A stretch of DNA of 64,000 nt from the NCBI RefSeq assembly GCF_002105155.1, contig NW_019028982.1, positions 62,001 through 126,000 of the forward strand, written 5' to 3'. This DNA comes from Lobosporangium transversale (lineage: Eukaryota). The position numbers were made by a program, and so were the translations under genes. This document shows, piece after piece, positions 11,122 through 25,438 of this stretch (positions within the stretch are counted from its first letter, which is position 1; the number at the start of each line of letters is the position of its first letter). Under the pieces are notes generated by a model. It was given only the letters and a program-made list of their open reading frames with translations. It did no database searches and had not been told where the DNA came from.

Positions 11122-14100
11122 GCGTGGATCTAATAGAGGTGCGCGTTAAACCGCAATGTGCGGATGGATGTGAATGTCTAAATGAGATCAAAGAGCTAAG
11201 TAGAGGGCAAATTCTAGTTAGCATCAAGATCATGGTTGGGAGAAAGAGTATCTGATTGATGTATTTAATATGCAAAAACTGTTTGGTTGGAATTGCATCA
11301 GATAATTATAATAATATAATAAAACCGCGCCTTTTACACAGCAAGGAGACCATCGTCATTGTCATACAATTAATTAGGGGGCGAAGGAAGGAATGGAAAG
11401 AAGCGAAGAGATGACTGTCCCATGTGGCATGTAGGGATAGTGCAATACCAACGACAAAAGCGTGACAATAAAAAAAAGAAAGAAAGAAACTCGCAACTAA
11501 CGGTTATGCCGCAATTTGTTTTTCTTTTTGGTGAAAGGAAGGGGGAACAGGAGGCTTGAGCACCTCGTACATGTTACTTTGGTTCAATCATGTAGGAAGC
11601 AAAGAGAAGTGCCTCTGCCATGTAAGGTTAGTTGCTGAGAGCCTAAGGCAATAGTGAATAGGTGGTTCAGAAACAGAAGCAAGCGTCAGAAGCAAAGTGT
11701 AAAGTTGAAGAGAGTAACAAAAAGTGATGGCAAAGATTAACACCAAACGAAGAGAGAATAATAAGAGGACAGAGCCTATTGAGCAGACCACTGTTGACTG
11801 AGTCCATTGCGCAGGGGCTGGCGGAGGAGAGAAAGAGAAGAGAGGAAGGGAAGGGATAGCGCCAGTGATATCAGCGTTGCCAGGATGGGTAGACACAGGT
11901 ACCACATCACTAGCAAAAAGGAGGATCCAGTCCATGCTCATGAATATTAAAACGTGAGGGTGCATTTTTCCTACGTTTTTGCCTTTTTTTTTTTTGAAAG
12001 GATGCAACTACAGACAGCAGCAGCCTTCGATTTTTTCCCTGCTTACATGTATAATTCAAGAAACGATAAACCCTGCTGTTTCTTTCAGCTATTTTCAAAA
12101 TTTGCTCTTCTTCAGGTATTGACGTTGGTTGTAATGAGAATGTGTGTGCATTGAATAACAAAGTCAATGCAGAAAGTATGGCTTGAAGTTGATGGTAAAG
12201 AGGATCAGTTGGGGAGGTCAGAAACTCGATAGATTCCCTCCTCAACTTTACTTAATGATGACGATTTATTAGATGGGTTGGATGAGGAGTGAGAGAGCGA
12301 GAGAGTGAGAGAGTGAGGGTGAATGAATGAGACGTTTAGGGTCAGGGACAGCGATGGTGTGCACCATGCAGCAGTGTGTAGGTGAATGAGTGTTAAATAA
12401 AATAGTACCTGTGAAAGAGCGAGAGATTGGCGTGCGGTTTGACAGGGGGATGGTGGTGTAGCAGTCAGTTGTTGAAGGGAGGAAAAAATTGGTAAAAAAG
12501 AAGAGAGAGAAAAAGAGAAAGAGTCAGAGCGAGAATGTGAAGGATAATGGAATGTGGTCCAGGTGCCCCTGTTCGGATGCGGATGCTGATGACGGCGAAG
12601 GGAACCCCGTAAAGATAGAAAGTCGGCCTGGTCTGGTTTGGTAAAAAAAAAAAAAAAAAGTCTTGGCCAGTCAGCTAGTCTTCTAGCCCTTTAGAGTGTC
12701 AAGTTCGACCTAGCCTATCACTGGGTGTACCATCAGGTCATGTCATGTCATGTCATCTTGAGGTTGTCCCCAACCAGTTAAGATCGCCCATCAGACCAGA
12801 TCCGACGAATAATGATGAAGAGGAGCGAACAGTGAACATTGGGACTGACTGAGTGACGGTAGATGTGGGTTTTAGGTGGATCATCCCCGACGGATAGAAC
12901 AGTATCTCAGACAGAACAGGACAGCTGCCCTATTTTTTTCGCTCACGATCGTCAATGATGCCAATCAATGATGTGTGAGCACTTTGTACTCTTACATGCT
13001 CATCAAGACAAAGAGTGATTAATGATATGTTGGACCAAGCTATCTTTCAACAATTCCCTACTAACGAAATCATTATGATAAAGGATGTCCGAACAAAGCT
13101 CCGACAGAGAAATCGCCCCACTGAACTGTTGTTCTCTCACGTTCTCCATGTTTATAACTGTCTGCTCTTTTCTTTCTCTACAAGAGAAGAATCGAACGTT
13201 ACCATCGATGGTTCTGATGGCATCTCAAAAAGTGATGGTGTTGATGTCAAGTCATTCATGATAGCGATACGACGATCAGGATGCTGGATGATCAATGGAT
13301 GATCGCAACCAGCAACTCCCACGGAGCTGTGCATACTTTAGATCGGTAAAGACGCCCATGATGACTGCGCAAAAGATCCACTGCCATCATCCCATCACCT
13401 CATGTCTCATGTAACGAGGTAGTCGGATGGCATCATGGACTATCTAAGGCCCGTCACAGTGGCCCATCCTTCTGGGCTTGGATTGGATCCTGCAGTAGTG
13501 TGTCATTACGTGCGTGTTTTTTTTTTTTTTTTATAAAAAAAAAAAAAAAAAGCTAGAGAGGACGAGCAATAAAAGAGAGAGGGCGTGGACCTGCTAAAGG
13601 CTATTGCTCCTCCTTGTGTTTTTGTACTATTCATGTACATTCTGGTACATGTTGCAAGGCACTGTTCTGCATGAGCCCGGCTCCCCCGAGCCCTGATCAA
13701 TTGGGCAATGGACAAATCAAACGATGCAACAATTGCACCAAACCTCGACTAGCCAATCATGTACTTCCGATGTTAGTCTTGCACAACCGAGAGCACTTGC
13801 GCCATATTCAGTAGACTAAATAGACTTCTATGGGTACTGAACAGCACCAACATAAATATATATATAATGTGTAATGGCTTTCCCCAATTCTTGATTTCTG
13901 TCTCTATTCTATTTCATTTTGGTTTTGTAGTCCTCCTCTGGGTGATCAAATTTCATTGTATGAGAAGAAAGATTCTCATAGTTATTGTGGAAATGCAATA
14001 ATTCTGTTTTAGTGCAACAACTCCATTTACTCTTTTTTTATACGAGCTCATTGCATGAGCATTTTAGTGAACACAGCAAACTGTTTCAAATTGAAGGAAG

Positions 14101-15633
14101 CAATGTTTGTTCAAATGAGAACGACTCTATGACCTTGTTCTGATACGCGTGATGAGAAGCAACAGAGCTGCAATGTCAATAATTCAAATAAAGATATTGC
14201 ATAGTAGTAATACATGTATCCAGAGAAAAAATTGAGGCTTTTTTTTTTTTTTTTTTTTTTTTTTTGCTATTACATTTATACTGTACCAAGAATTATCGAA
14301 ACGGGTCTTACATCTTTACAAGAAAACAGGAAACTCTCCAGCGGTGTTTCAGTCGTCATCCATATGATGCATGTGTACCAGATAGAAGACTATTAGCACC
14401 ACATACTAAATTCCATACGCTTGGAGATAGAGGAAAGATACACAGTTGGGAGAAGATGAACTAATCCCAATATACCAAATTTCAAGGATTGATTGAGTGA
14501 AAAGCTGTGTTAGTGGTAGCAGTGAGATAGTATTATACCAGCCAGTGAGTCCCTAATGGTATAAACCTCGATTTTTCAAGTCAGTTTATGACTATATTGG
14601 CTCAAATAACCATGTGCAGTTCCGTATGTGAATATCGTATTAAGTGCTTAAACAAATTAAGCTATTGTTTTGTCACAAAGCAACAGTTATGAAGATTTAT
14701 AAAACATGCTTAACTCAATGTCACCACTAATTAAAAAGAAAAACTGCAATAAAAGGGTCCAGACGAACATGTGCTGGTTACAAATGAAAAAAAAAAAAAA
14801 AAAAAAAAAAAAAGATTATTGATTGTTTCTACTTGATGCCAAGGATGGCTGACTGCGCTTTATAAAATTTTGTTCTTTGTGTTTACACTTACCGGCCCTT
14901 CAATTTGCCGTCCAAAGGGGGACGCGTAACGTCGATGACAAACGAGTGATCGATCATCCTTAAAAAGGAAAATGTTCCTTTTTGATAACTTCCTCAAAAT
15001 AGCCTACTGGAAATGAATCGTGGAGCAGACAAATATTTCAAAGAGACAGTGATAAATGAAAATATGCAATTGTGAGCCATTTATTTATCCATTTCCTAAT
15101 ACCTCTATTGTGGAGAAGCAACACAGGGGAAGTAGAGGGTTAAAGAGCAGAGAGAGAAAGTCCTTAAGAAAGAAAAATTATATATACAAATACATATGTG
15201 TCTAAGACATTCCTGCACAATGATGAAAGGTGGAGAGATTGTTCCTGGCCAAGAGGAAAAGTAGACAGAAAAAAAGCTGTCACTGCGACTTATTGATGGG
15301 GACTATTCACAATAGACATTCTTTTTTTTTTGCCTTGGTGCCCCAAAAACTTTTATAATTCTCTTATTCTCTCTTTTTTCATTTTTCTTCTTCTTTCATA
15401 TTCAAGCTCGTGTTCAAACTTACATTCATCATCCATTCTCACATCACATTCATTACACTTCACTAAACATTGTGTATTGTATACTACTCTCCTATTTCTA
15501 ATTCATATATTCACTTTCAGTATTAATTCCTTATTAAGAAATCTCCATAACCATACCCTTGCGCCCAAGGCAGGCTGTCCATATCGGTGATTTTACTTCT
15601 AATCAAAACAGTGCACCTTTGATCGTTCTCATA

Positions 15634-17883
15634 ATGAGCTCTTCTAGCGACACATCTACCCCCAACGTCGAGAACATGTCCAATGCTGAGCTATTCCAGT
15701 ATCTCTTCAAAGCTGAGCTTGATGCTGGTGATTTGCCTGCTGCCTTAACTGAAGTGCTCTTCGAACAGGACCTCTCGACCGAAACAGTTTTCGACACTTA
15801 TTCTCCATCTTCTTCGGCAGCTTCCACTGTTGCGCATTCACCATACACTTCTGCATCGCCAACCGCTTCCTCACCCCACGGCGGCTCTCCAGTCGCTTCT
15901 ATTCTCTCATACGACTCCCCTTCGCCATATCGCTGTGTCACCTCTTCTCCACAACAGCTTAACTTCGAACAAGAACAGGAGCAACAACCGGCGCAACAGC
16001 CGGAGCAACAACTGGAATATCAAATTCAAATGTTTCAACCTTTACAGCAGTACCCTGAATTATCGATAACATCTACCACATCGTTGACATACCCAACACG
16101 CTTGCCATCCAACATGTTTTCTTACAGGCAGATCTCTCCTGATATGCCTCCTAGCATGCCTTCTCCATCGACACCGGCTGGTTTTGCAGATACATCTGAA
16201 GACCAATTTTATAGCTTGACGCAAGAAGCTACGGCTAGAGCATCCTCCAGTACTATGTCTACAGAGGAAATGACACTTTGGCTGCAGCGCTTTCAGCAGG
16301 TCCAGAGGCTACAACATCCCTCCACCTCTGATACTCAGAATCATTATGGAGACGCTGAGTGCTCTGCTCCGCCGTCTTCTCCGACAATCAAGAACTCATC
16401 CCTTTCCAACTTATTATCTCTCAAGAGGGAAAAACATACTTTCTATCCATCGCCTCCTATGAAAGACGATGTTGACATGGACAGCGATTCGGACCATGGA
16501 TCCAACCAAAATAATGATTCTCAGTCCGATCCTCTCAAGCCTAGTCCAAGCGAGCTCAAAAAAATGACAAGTAAAGAGCGCCGTCAGTTGCGTAACAAAC
16601 TATCTGCTCGCAACTTCAGAGTGCGCAGAAAAGGTAATATAACAATGCCTGAACTATCTTCAGTCTCAAAGTGAATTGTATTAAAAAACCCCCTATGGAC
16701 TGATCATGTTTGATTATATCATTAAATAGAGTATATCAGCAGCCTCGAAGTTCAAGTGAAGGAAGCTCGCAAAGAAGCCGCCGAGTTGCAGAAGAAATTG
16801 ACTCAGTCAGAGTTAAGTTATCAATTCTTGAAACAGGAGTTGGAAACATTGCGGCTTTCGCAGACATTGTTTAATGACGGCCGTATGTCAAAGGAACACG
16901 CTAATTTGCTGGCAAGTTTGCTGAATCCCAACACTGAGTCGTTCCCAACAACGTCGCCTTCCGCTTCACATCTCTTGACAGCCCAACAACAGCAGAAGGA
17001 GCTCATGGATTGTATCAACCATAATAACATGACTATCCTCAACAACTCATTGACAAATCCCCATTCTCAAGCAGCTCCCTCTCCATCATCGAATTTGAGT
17101 GTTTCTCATGGTTCGCTGCAACCGTACGTACCCTTCGATGACAATTGGGATCTTCTTGTTAACCGAGTCGAAATGGAAATCGATCCGGTCCTTGATCCTA
17201 AAGACATTCAGCCTAAAGAGGCTGAATATCATGGCCTTTTGGTTCGGTATGAGGCGGCCAAATATGAAGCCAAGGTGGATGAGCAAATGCGTACAGAACT
17301 GCAAGCTTATCAAGAACAAAGATTGGCACAAACTTATATTGTCATGCCCAAAGACGAGTCAATGCTTTCAGTGTCGAATAAGGCCAATCAAGACACGTTG
17401 CTCCTTCAGACAATGGTTTACATGATGATGATTCACCTGACTCAGTCGATGTTCCAGGCCGCAACGCTTTCTAATACCCAGTTGGTGGACGTCTATCAGA
17501 CCATGGATGAGCCGCTGCGATCTAAGATGGGACAGGAGCAACAGGAGCGACCTCCTTGTAAGTTCGCAGAGTGGCGCGAGGCTTGGATCCGTAAATGCTG
17601 GCCATCTTTTTATAATAACCGTAGACGTGTCTGTGAACTGTTGAAGAATGGCTTGTGTCCTTCTGCTGCCTCAGCTACAGAGGTGGATGTGGATGAAACT
17701 GTGCGCAAGATGGAGGAGGGAGTCAAGGATAAGACTGTTGAGCCTCAAGCAGGGCCATTCTGTCTTTGGTTGCGTAACTGTATTGCTTCATGGCTTCGAT
17801 GCCCCGAACACCTGGCTCGCCAGGAGCAAGAGTGTCAGCGATTACTGCAGAACTCTGAAAAGCCTGCTGAATTGATTGCTTAA
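15634..17883 (+). CDS. bZIP transcription factor (exons 15634-16633, 16730-17883)
   Basis: Splicing the GT-AG intron joins the basic region and zipper: KERRQLRNKLSARNFRVRRK-EYISSLEVQVKEARKEAAELQKKL. Confidence 0.88.
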
Positions 17884-18501
17884 CATGCAAAAGCATGTCG
17901 ATGACGATCTGACTTTTTTCCTTTTTTTTTTTAAACCTTTGTTTTAAAACTCACGATTTTCACATTACACGGACGGCCCATCCATCTTGTAAATAATTCT
18001 GATCCTCTCTGCCATCGTCCACACTCATATCTAATGTATCCATTATGTTGCTTACTCTTCTTTGTATTAAATAATGAAATAAACCATGACTATCTATAAT
18101 ACATCAACCTTACAGTTTGAAAGAGTACAAGAGCTCGAAAAACCAGCACAATTGCTTTTTGGTGAAAACAGTTTCCATGCATTACCTTTCATTTGAGGGT
18201 CTGTTAAGCACCCCCGGTCCTACCACAATGTTATATTTCTTCCTTTCTGTTCCGCAACAAACGGATTCAATATTTTTCATTTAAATTTAGAAAAGCCTTT
18301 TGGTAGTTATAGGTTGGTCTCTCTTCAATTAATTAGGAGTAATAAGCGTTGTTATTTTCGTCCTTCAATCACTCCTCGTTAATACCCACGGCGATGTTGC
18401 AAAGCCTTTTGTAATCTTTCTTTCACCAATATCTCAAGTCCGATTTTTTATTTTTTCGATACGCCTTGACGCATAAACAGAAAAAAATAAGGAGTAGCAC
18501 A

Positions 18502-18966
18502 ATGAAGGTCTCAATCTTGGCATTGGCTTCTGCTCTGACCCTTGCCCATGCCGAGACACCAAAAGTAAGGACAATATATTGAGCAGCAAAAAGAATGGCA
18601 TTGACAGAGGCGCGCAAAAAAAAAAAAAAAAAAGAAAAGAAAACTGTGCTAAATAAGGAAGCTACTGGGGAGCTCAGCTCATTGTTGTTCCTGGACCTGA
18701 AATTGATGTTCAGCAACAGCAGGTGGACACAAGGCAATGGCGATGTCGAAGACCAGATCTCAGAGGAGGGAAAAGAGGAGAATGACAATAATGGCGACAG
18801 TTATGATGCCGATGAATATGACAATATCTTTGGGGATTACAATGAGGATAGTGTGTTCAATTTGTGGTCAAGGGTGAGGAAACTTTGGAGCTTCTTACCG
18901 AGGAAGAGGCAGATGAGGCATATCGACGACTTGGGCACTAAAAAATGTCGAAGACAAGAATGCTGA
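18502..18966 (+). CDS. Small secreted protein or peptide precursor, possibly frameshifted or pseudogenised
   Basis: Exon 18502-18564 encodes the signal-peptide-like MKVSILALASALTLAHA-ETPK and is followed by a GTAAGG donor. Downstream are an acidic segment and the cationic SVFNLWSRVRKLWSFLPRKR. The acceptor and frame are ambiguous. Confidence 0.4.
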
Positions 18967-19624
18967 GGCTTCTGTCGAGGTGCGACAGCAAAGAAGCAAC
19001 AACAACAACAACAACAACAAGGTCCTCAGATACAGTTTGAATCGTTGATCGTAGCTTTTGTCTTCTTTTATATCGTTTTTGTACAGAGATTTTTTTGTCT
19101 GTCTCTAACTGTCTCTAGAAAGACGCGTCGTGTTGCAAAAGGACACCGTGCTCTATTTCTCGTAACAATAGCCCAGCAACGACCACACAACGAACAGCTC
19201 TAAACCCTTAACCATCACCAGGAGAAGGCCACATCAATATGGCAGGAAGTCGCATCAGCATACATGAAAGAGAGCGTAAGATCTATTTACTTTCACTTTT
19301 CATAAAATCCACTATGACTTCTTGTTGTTCATACTTGTTGCACGGGGTGTTTTTTTTTTTATTTTTGCATAAAATTCTTCTCACACCACACTCTGAGTCC
19401 ATCCTTGTGTATAGTACTCTTTTCTTTCTTCCCCCTTCCATTCTCTCTCTCATATCCTTCTTACTTCCCTGTCTTTCTACACTCGCCTTCTTGTCCTTTT
19501 ATTCACGCGTTTGCAACCGGAGGAATAAAAAAGAAAAGAAAAAGAAAATACATTCCTTCTCATAGGTCCCTTATTACCTGTTTACTTGTTGTTTAGTCTT
19601 CATTACTATTGCTTTGTCATCTGC

Positions 19625-20283
19625 ATGTTCTCATTCCGACAAAGCGATCAGCCTTCTTCTGAGGGCGACACCACCAACGCACTTGAGACAATGACACATG
19701 CACCAACCCCGTCAGACACTAACTCTACTCCAGCTTCAACTCTCAGCGCCGACCTGACAGCTCCCAAACCTCTGGTAAGGGACCCACTTCTCAACATAAC
19801 ATAGCACATCCATTCGATCATGATTAGTGCCCTTGAAAATAAAACAAAAAAGGAATCTTCGTGTATGAAAAGGTTTACCTGGGTTCACATCTTTATTTCC
19901 GTCTTTTATCCTCTGGATGTGTGTGATGGATGTGCAACAGTCACTCTGCTTTTCTGGGCAATCACTTCTTCCCACACTTACGGAGACCTACTGCATAGAT
20001 GGATAAATGGGTACATGGATACATGGTGCTATTTGGCAGGATAACACTGTTGGACAATATATATATGGGCAATGATAGGCATGAAGAGTTGCTATCGGTA
20101 CTGTTGCTGCCATGACTAGGGAGCTGACTGTTTCTAATATAGACTTTTTTCCCTCTCTTCACAATGCCAAATCTAGTCCAAGACGCAACATCTCAAGGAT
20201 ATTGAGAGCACAGAGCAGGACATGACCTCGTCACTGCAGAAACAGCTAGAACATGTAAGAAGATTAACCGACAGAGACAATGT

Positions 20284-20318
<35 letters not shown>

Positions 20319-22695
20319 GAGGCAGGGCGCAGCGTAGATTGAAGGGAACGGTTCCCAAAATTTTGGCAAAACTTCGACAAGATTGACTGCTTGCCATCAT
20401 TCTTCTACCTTGCTTTCTACTTTCCTTAATCATGTCCACAGCTTACAGGAGCCGCATATCTCATTATCTCTTCCATTCATCCTCCTTTGGTCCTTTCTTT
20501 TCTATTTTTTTTTTTTTTTTTTTTTTTTTTAAGAAAGATGACCTACTTTGATTGTTTATTTGCTAATCATGTTTTTTTTGCGCTTGAATCTATTATCATG
20601 ATATAGGCGCGTGAAACTACAGCCAGACTGAAGGATAACTCATCTTCATCAATTAAGACCGGATTTCACGATGCCTTGCTTTCAAGCGACCCCGAAACTC
20701 TGAGGCGCGCGCTTACAGAAGCCCTTGAAAAACAAAAAGAACAAGAAGCCATTATTAAAAAGCTGAGACATGAGGTCGATGTTGAACGCGGGCATGCCAC
20801 GATCCTCCGACATGATAACCAAGTCCTGCGGCAGATGAAGGCCAATATGGTTAGTGTTATTCATTAATTAGACCACAGAAAAAAAAGAGGTATTACAATT
20901 TGTATAATTCGATAGCAAGATTGAATGTGATGGTTATTGATAATGGATGATCATTCCTTCATGACATTATTTTTAGCATGCCGTTGCTGAACAAGAGGAA
21001 GAAAATATCTCAAACAGACTCTTGAAGCGTATTTCCGGACTCAAGAAGGAGAAAGGAGAGCTTATGCTGCAGGTAGAGCAGGAAGAGGAGTATCTAACCA
21101 AGACACTACAAAAGAAACTCAACCAGGTGAGTTGTAGTCTTTGCTTTCTAAACTCGGTTCGCATAAAATGTAGATGTCATGGGTGCAATTGAGCAAAAAG
21201 CATGACTGACGGCTGTAAGTCTTTTTTTTTTTTTTTTTTTTTTTTCTCTCTCTCTCTTCTAATATAGCTACAAAAAGAAAAAATCGATATGGAGAATGCG
21301 CTGGAGCAGGAACAAGAGTATATCGTCAATCGACTACAGAAGCAGCTGGATGCATTGCGCATGGAGCAGTCTACTAGTACCTCGGCTGCATCCAGCTGGC
21401 AGGACAAGGACCACAGCATTGGGTCTGCTCTTCCCATTGGTTCGTCGCCTATCAACATCGCTGGAGGCGGAAGGTCATCCAGGATCAATCCAAATCCATC
21501 GCCTACACCATCTCCTACGCACAAGAAGTGGATACCGTCACATTCCCCCTCATCATCGGACCACGGGGCTTCTCATCCTATTGTGGATATGCTCAAGGCG
21601 GAACTTACAGCAGCGAAAGCGACGCTAAATGAACTTGAGCGCGAATGTAAGCATCTGTTCCAAAATATGTAAGGGAATATCAGCCGTCTTTATTAGCTGA
21701 TGTTGCTAACCATATACTATTGCCTTTTTTTCCTCTTGTCTGCCATGATACCTCTTGTTGATTTCGAAAAAACGACAAGACCTTATCAAATTTAAGCAAT
21801 GTAACAGATACCGGTCGGAAGTCCGTACGCTGCGTCAGGAGTATGGCTTACCTGTCGCTTCAGATTTGCTTGTTGAAGATACTCTTCCTACAGTGCTTTC
21901 ATCAACCCATCGTTCTGGAGGGACCCCATCAAGGAGGGTAGGAATTTTATAATTGCTTATATAGATTGTTGGCAAACCAAAGAAGCTTGACATAGAAAGC
22001 TCATTTTTTCCCTCTTTTAATACGAATCATTATAGAATTCAAGCACCAGCACCTCGGGATCGAACAGAATCTATGGAGTTCCAGCCACACCGACAAATAC
22101 ACCTGCTAATCCTGCGCCCATCAGCAACCACAGTTTTTCAAGCCAGCGAGCTACACTCTCGCCCCACAATCCATTGATGAGCCCTTTCTCCGGCAACAGT
22201 ACAGGCTCAGGAGTCTTTAGTCAATACTCAACCTCTCCGACGATAGCAACTTTCCCCGGAAATGTGCTTAATGTGAGCAGTAACAATAGCAGTGGTAATA
22301 ATCTAGGATTTTCATCTTCCGGAACTGGGGTAGCGACAGCAACAAGTAATAGCAGCAGCAGTGGCAGTGCTCACTCGCATCACATTTACCCCCATCATCA
22401 ACCGTATTCTTCAGGAAATTCTGGCACAGCCTCATTCTCATCATCTGTAGGGTCGTTGGGATCGACCTCCCCCATGATGTCCATGTCATCATCCTTATCT
22501 TCATCATCGGGATTGCCCGCCATTGTTCCTGAGCGTCAGTCATTGTACCGTTCCAAGAGCAGCGGTCGACAGCATGCACAATATATGCTTCCTCAACAAA
22601 CGTACCAAACACATCATCAAGTGTCTTCCAGTGCTGCACTCCAGCAACATTTGCAACAGCAACAGCAAATACAGCAGCAGCAGCAACAACAACAA

Positions 22696-22728
<33 letters not shown>

Positions 22729-22833
22729 CAGCAACAACAGGCACAGACGCAAGCTCAGGCTTCTGCACCAACATCAGCGCCGACCACACCACCTCAACTG
22801 CCTGTAGAAACAGGCTCCGGTACATCTCAATGA
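19625..22833 (+). CDS. CCDC6: CCDC6-like (DUF2046) coiled-coil protein, multi-exon, with a Ser-rich and polyQ C-terminus
   Basis: Spliced core AEQEEENISNRLLKRISGLKKEKGELMLQVEQEEEYLTKTLQKKLNQLQKEKIDMENALEQEQEYIVNRLQKQL matches the repeated EQEEE motif of CCDC6. The start could instead be 19691. Confidence 0.82.
22654..22740 (+). repeat. CAG/CAA polyglutamine tract in the CCDC6-like gene
   Basis: Mixed CAG/CAA run visible in the sequence and in the ORF translation. Confidence 0.9.
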
Positions 22834-23158
22834 TAGATGAAGATATTAAATGGGTTTGAGTAGCTTTCCGTCCGAATATCAGGGATTAAAAATTTTTCTA
22901 CTGCAGTAAAAAAACCTTGCATTTTGTCAGACTGGATATCCATGCTATTAAGAGCTACTTTACAGTAGCAAAAGTTACCAATCTACTACTACTACTATTA
23001 TTATTATTATCACTATTTCCTTAATTTTCGTGCTTGCTCCGCAAGAGTTCATCTAAACTGTTATTTCTTTTTGATCAATGCTTTTACTGCGTTTTTGTAT
23101 TTTATACAGAGGTTATTGAGACGATTCGTGAAGCAAAAGGATTTTAAAAAAAATCGAC

Positions 23159-23335
23159 TTATGAAGCAACTTCTTGAATGACTCCAACAGAGTAAACTAT
23201 AGGGAATGGATTGGTCTTGCCAAGAACGAGGATTTTCTTTCGTGAATGAATATAGCCTTTAATATATCCCTGTAAAAAAAAAAAAAAAAAAAAAGTGAAT
23301 AAAGGTTTTGAAATTGAGCAGAGTAAACGCATTCG

Positions 23336-23374
<39 letters not shown>

Positions 23375-24460
23375 AAATTACTTGATCCAGTAAAGAGGCC
23401 GTGATGCACTCGACATCGTAAATATCATACGAGTCATCCTGAGTCAACGCACGAACAATAGTCAACAATGCATACAATTGAACTCGCATCTGTGGAGGGT
23501 CTGTCGGCTTTCGTGATACTAGGCATGTCTTGCGAATCAGGGATCGCCAGCAAAGGACCTGAAGTTTCTCCTTCAATAAGAAAAACAATTCCTTTTCCAC
23601 AAACCAGCTCATCAGTTCCGGCGACATGAGCTTCTGATCCAAAAGGCTCAAATCTCCTAATTTGATAGCCTTCTTTAAGGGCTCGAAATAAGTATCGAGA
23701 CCATATTCCTGCAGGAGTTGTACTGAAGGCATGCGACCCAAACAAAGTCGACAGGCTGTCAAGTAGATCAGGATCAGTCGGCCGTTCTTGAATGCTATCA
23801 TATTGCCATCATTGTTGTCCTCATCATCATGACTCAGATCTGGACAATTTCTAAATGCAAACGCTAGATCCGACTCTGCACGCCTCAGATCCAATTGGTA
23901 TAGATGATAGCGTCCCACATAATAACGATAAGTTACTTGTTCACTCATCGGGTATTCTGAGAGCGCTGCGCCAGCATTGGATATATTGGCCATCACAGTA
24001 GGAATGAGGCGGGTTGACCGCAGCTATACAGAGCATAAATTGGGCATTGAAAGATAACATGTGGAAATGTATTTTTTAGCATGGTAGTCTACTCATTATT
24101 CCCAATTGGCATTTTTTTATAATTTACCTTGAAATATGCCCGGAACGTGAGATTAGCCAAATAATAAAGAGCGCGTCTCTTTGAATTTTCTATTTGATTG
24201 GTTGATCTATTCAACGTGCATACAATACGTGAAGCTAGGAATTAGCCAATGCTAATGTACCAAATAAAAAAAATAAAAAAATAAAAAAAGAAAAGCATGA
24301 CACTTGAAACCAATAAACATACTTATCACCGATGACGATGTGTAATGCCTTGGAGAGATGACTTGAAGATGCAGCATCACTAATTTTAAGCTCTTTAGCA
24401 TTTGGCTGTTCTTCATCTGCCTGATATATTTTTTTATAGACATAAGCTCCAAATTAGCCA

Positions 24461-24491
<31 letters not shown>

Positions 24492-24696
24492 TGTTCAAAG
24501 ATCCCTTAACTTGCGGATCAAATTGCTATAGCCTGCAAATCAACTAATATCAAATGATTTGAAGGTTCATTCATAAGTTTAGAAAGTCTTACAAAATTGG
24601 CCCATCTGATTAATGAGTATGAAAGATTCATAAGTAATGGTGTTAACCATTGTGCATCTGCAGCCGAATATAATGACAGAAATGACCTATATCATC

Positions 24697-24745
<49 letters not shown>

Positions 24746-25438
24746 AGAAATTAGATGACAGAATGTGATGACAAACGTACTATATTCATGTCAATTTTAA
24801 TGAAGAGATGTAGTAACATCCTGACATAAAAATAGCTGGTTTACCTGTAGCATGCCGAGATTAAATCATACACGTCCACCATGGACGACGTCTCCAAAGC
24901 AGAAGCGATTGTGAAAATAAGGTAGTTGGTGATCAAATCCCTCAGAGGACGGTTATCATCTCCCATTGTTTTCAAGACAACAGTTCGTACTGACTCCTCG
25001 CTCATCTAAGTAAAAAGTAATGACAGAAAGAAAAATCCCAAGAAGCTGTCGTGGGTAAGGAAAGACGCCTTAACATGGGGAAAAAAGCCAAGTTGGTCAA
25101 TTAGGATGACGGTGGCGCGTTTTGATATCTAACACCCTGTGATAACAAGACTTATAGTAGTAGTATAGCAAAAGGAGGTATATACTTTTTACTCTAATAG
25201 TCCTTTTACTTTTACTGCTATATCTTAAACCGGTTTCTAGGCATCCTAGACACCATGCTGCGATACTATCGCATCTTTCTAATTTTCCAAGTGAGTTTCT
25301 TACGTTGTACAGAGCTTGGTGTAGCTGAGTTAACCGTGGATTGTCCTCTTCAAGTATGATCTGGTCAAGCATGCCATCAGTGTCTTTGTCATTGAATGCT
25401 GTGATCGTCTCGCGTACAAATGTCCGGACTTGTTCCAT
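23159..25438 (-). CDS. PCI-domain protein, PCID2/Thp1/Csn12 family, multi-exon
   Basis: Motifs QVTYRYYVGRY, AESDLAFAFRNC, ILIYL and VECITASLLDQ-GYIKGYIH...LVL.K..PFP. The first exon begins MEQVRTFV; the TAA stop is at 23159-23161. Confidence 0.85.

Noticed and set aside
6017..12678. 12-mer CCAGTCAGCTAG on both sides of the Myb gene
   Set aside because: It lies in simple CAGT/CCAG-type repeats and is too short to argue for a target-site duplication or element boundary.
15634..17883. bZIP as HAC1/XBP1 with an IRE1-spliced intron
   Set aside because: The basic region does not match Hac1, the intron is ordinary GT-AG, and I saw no IRE1-type stem-loops.
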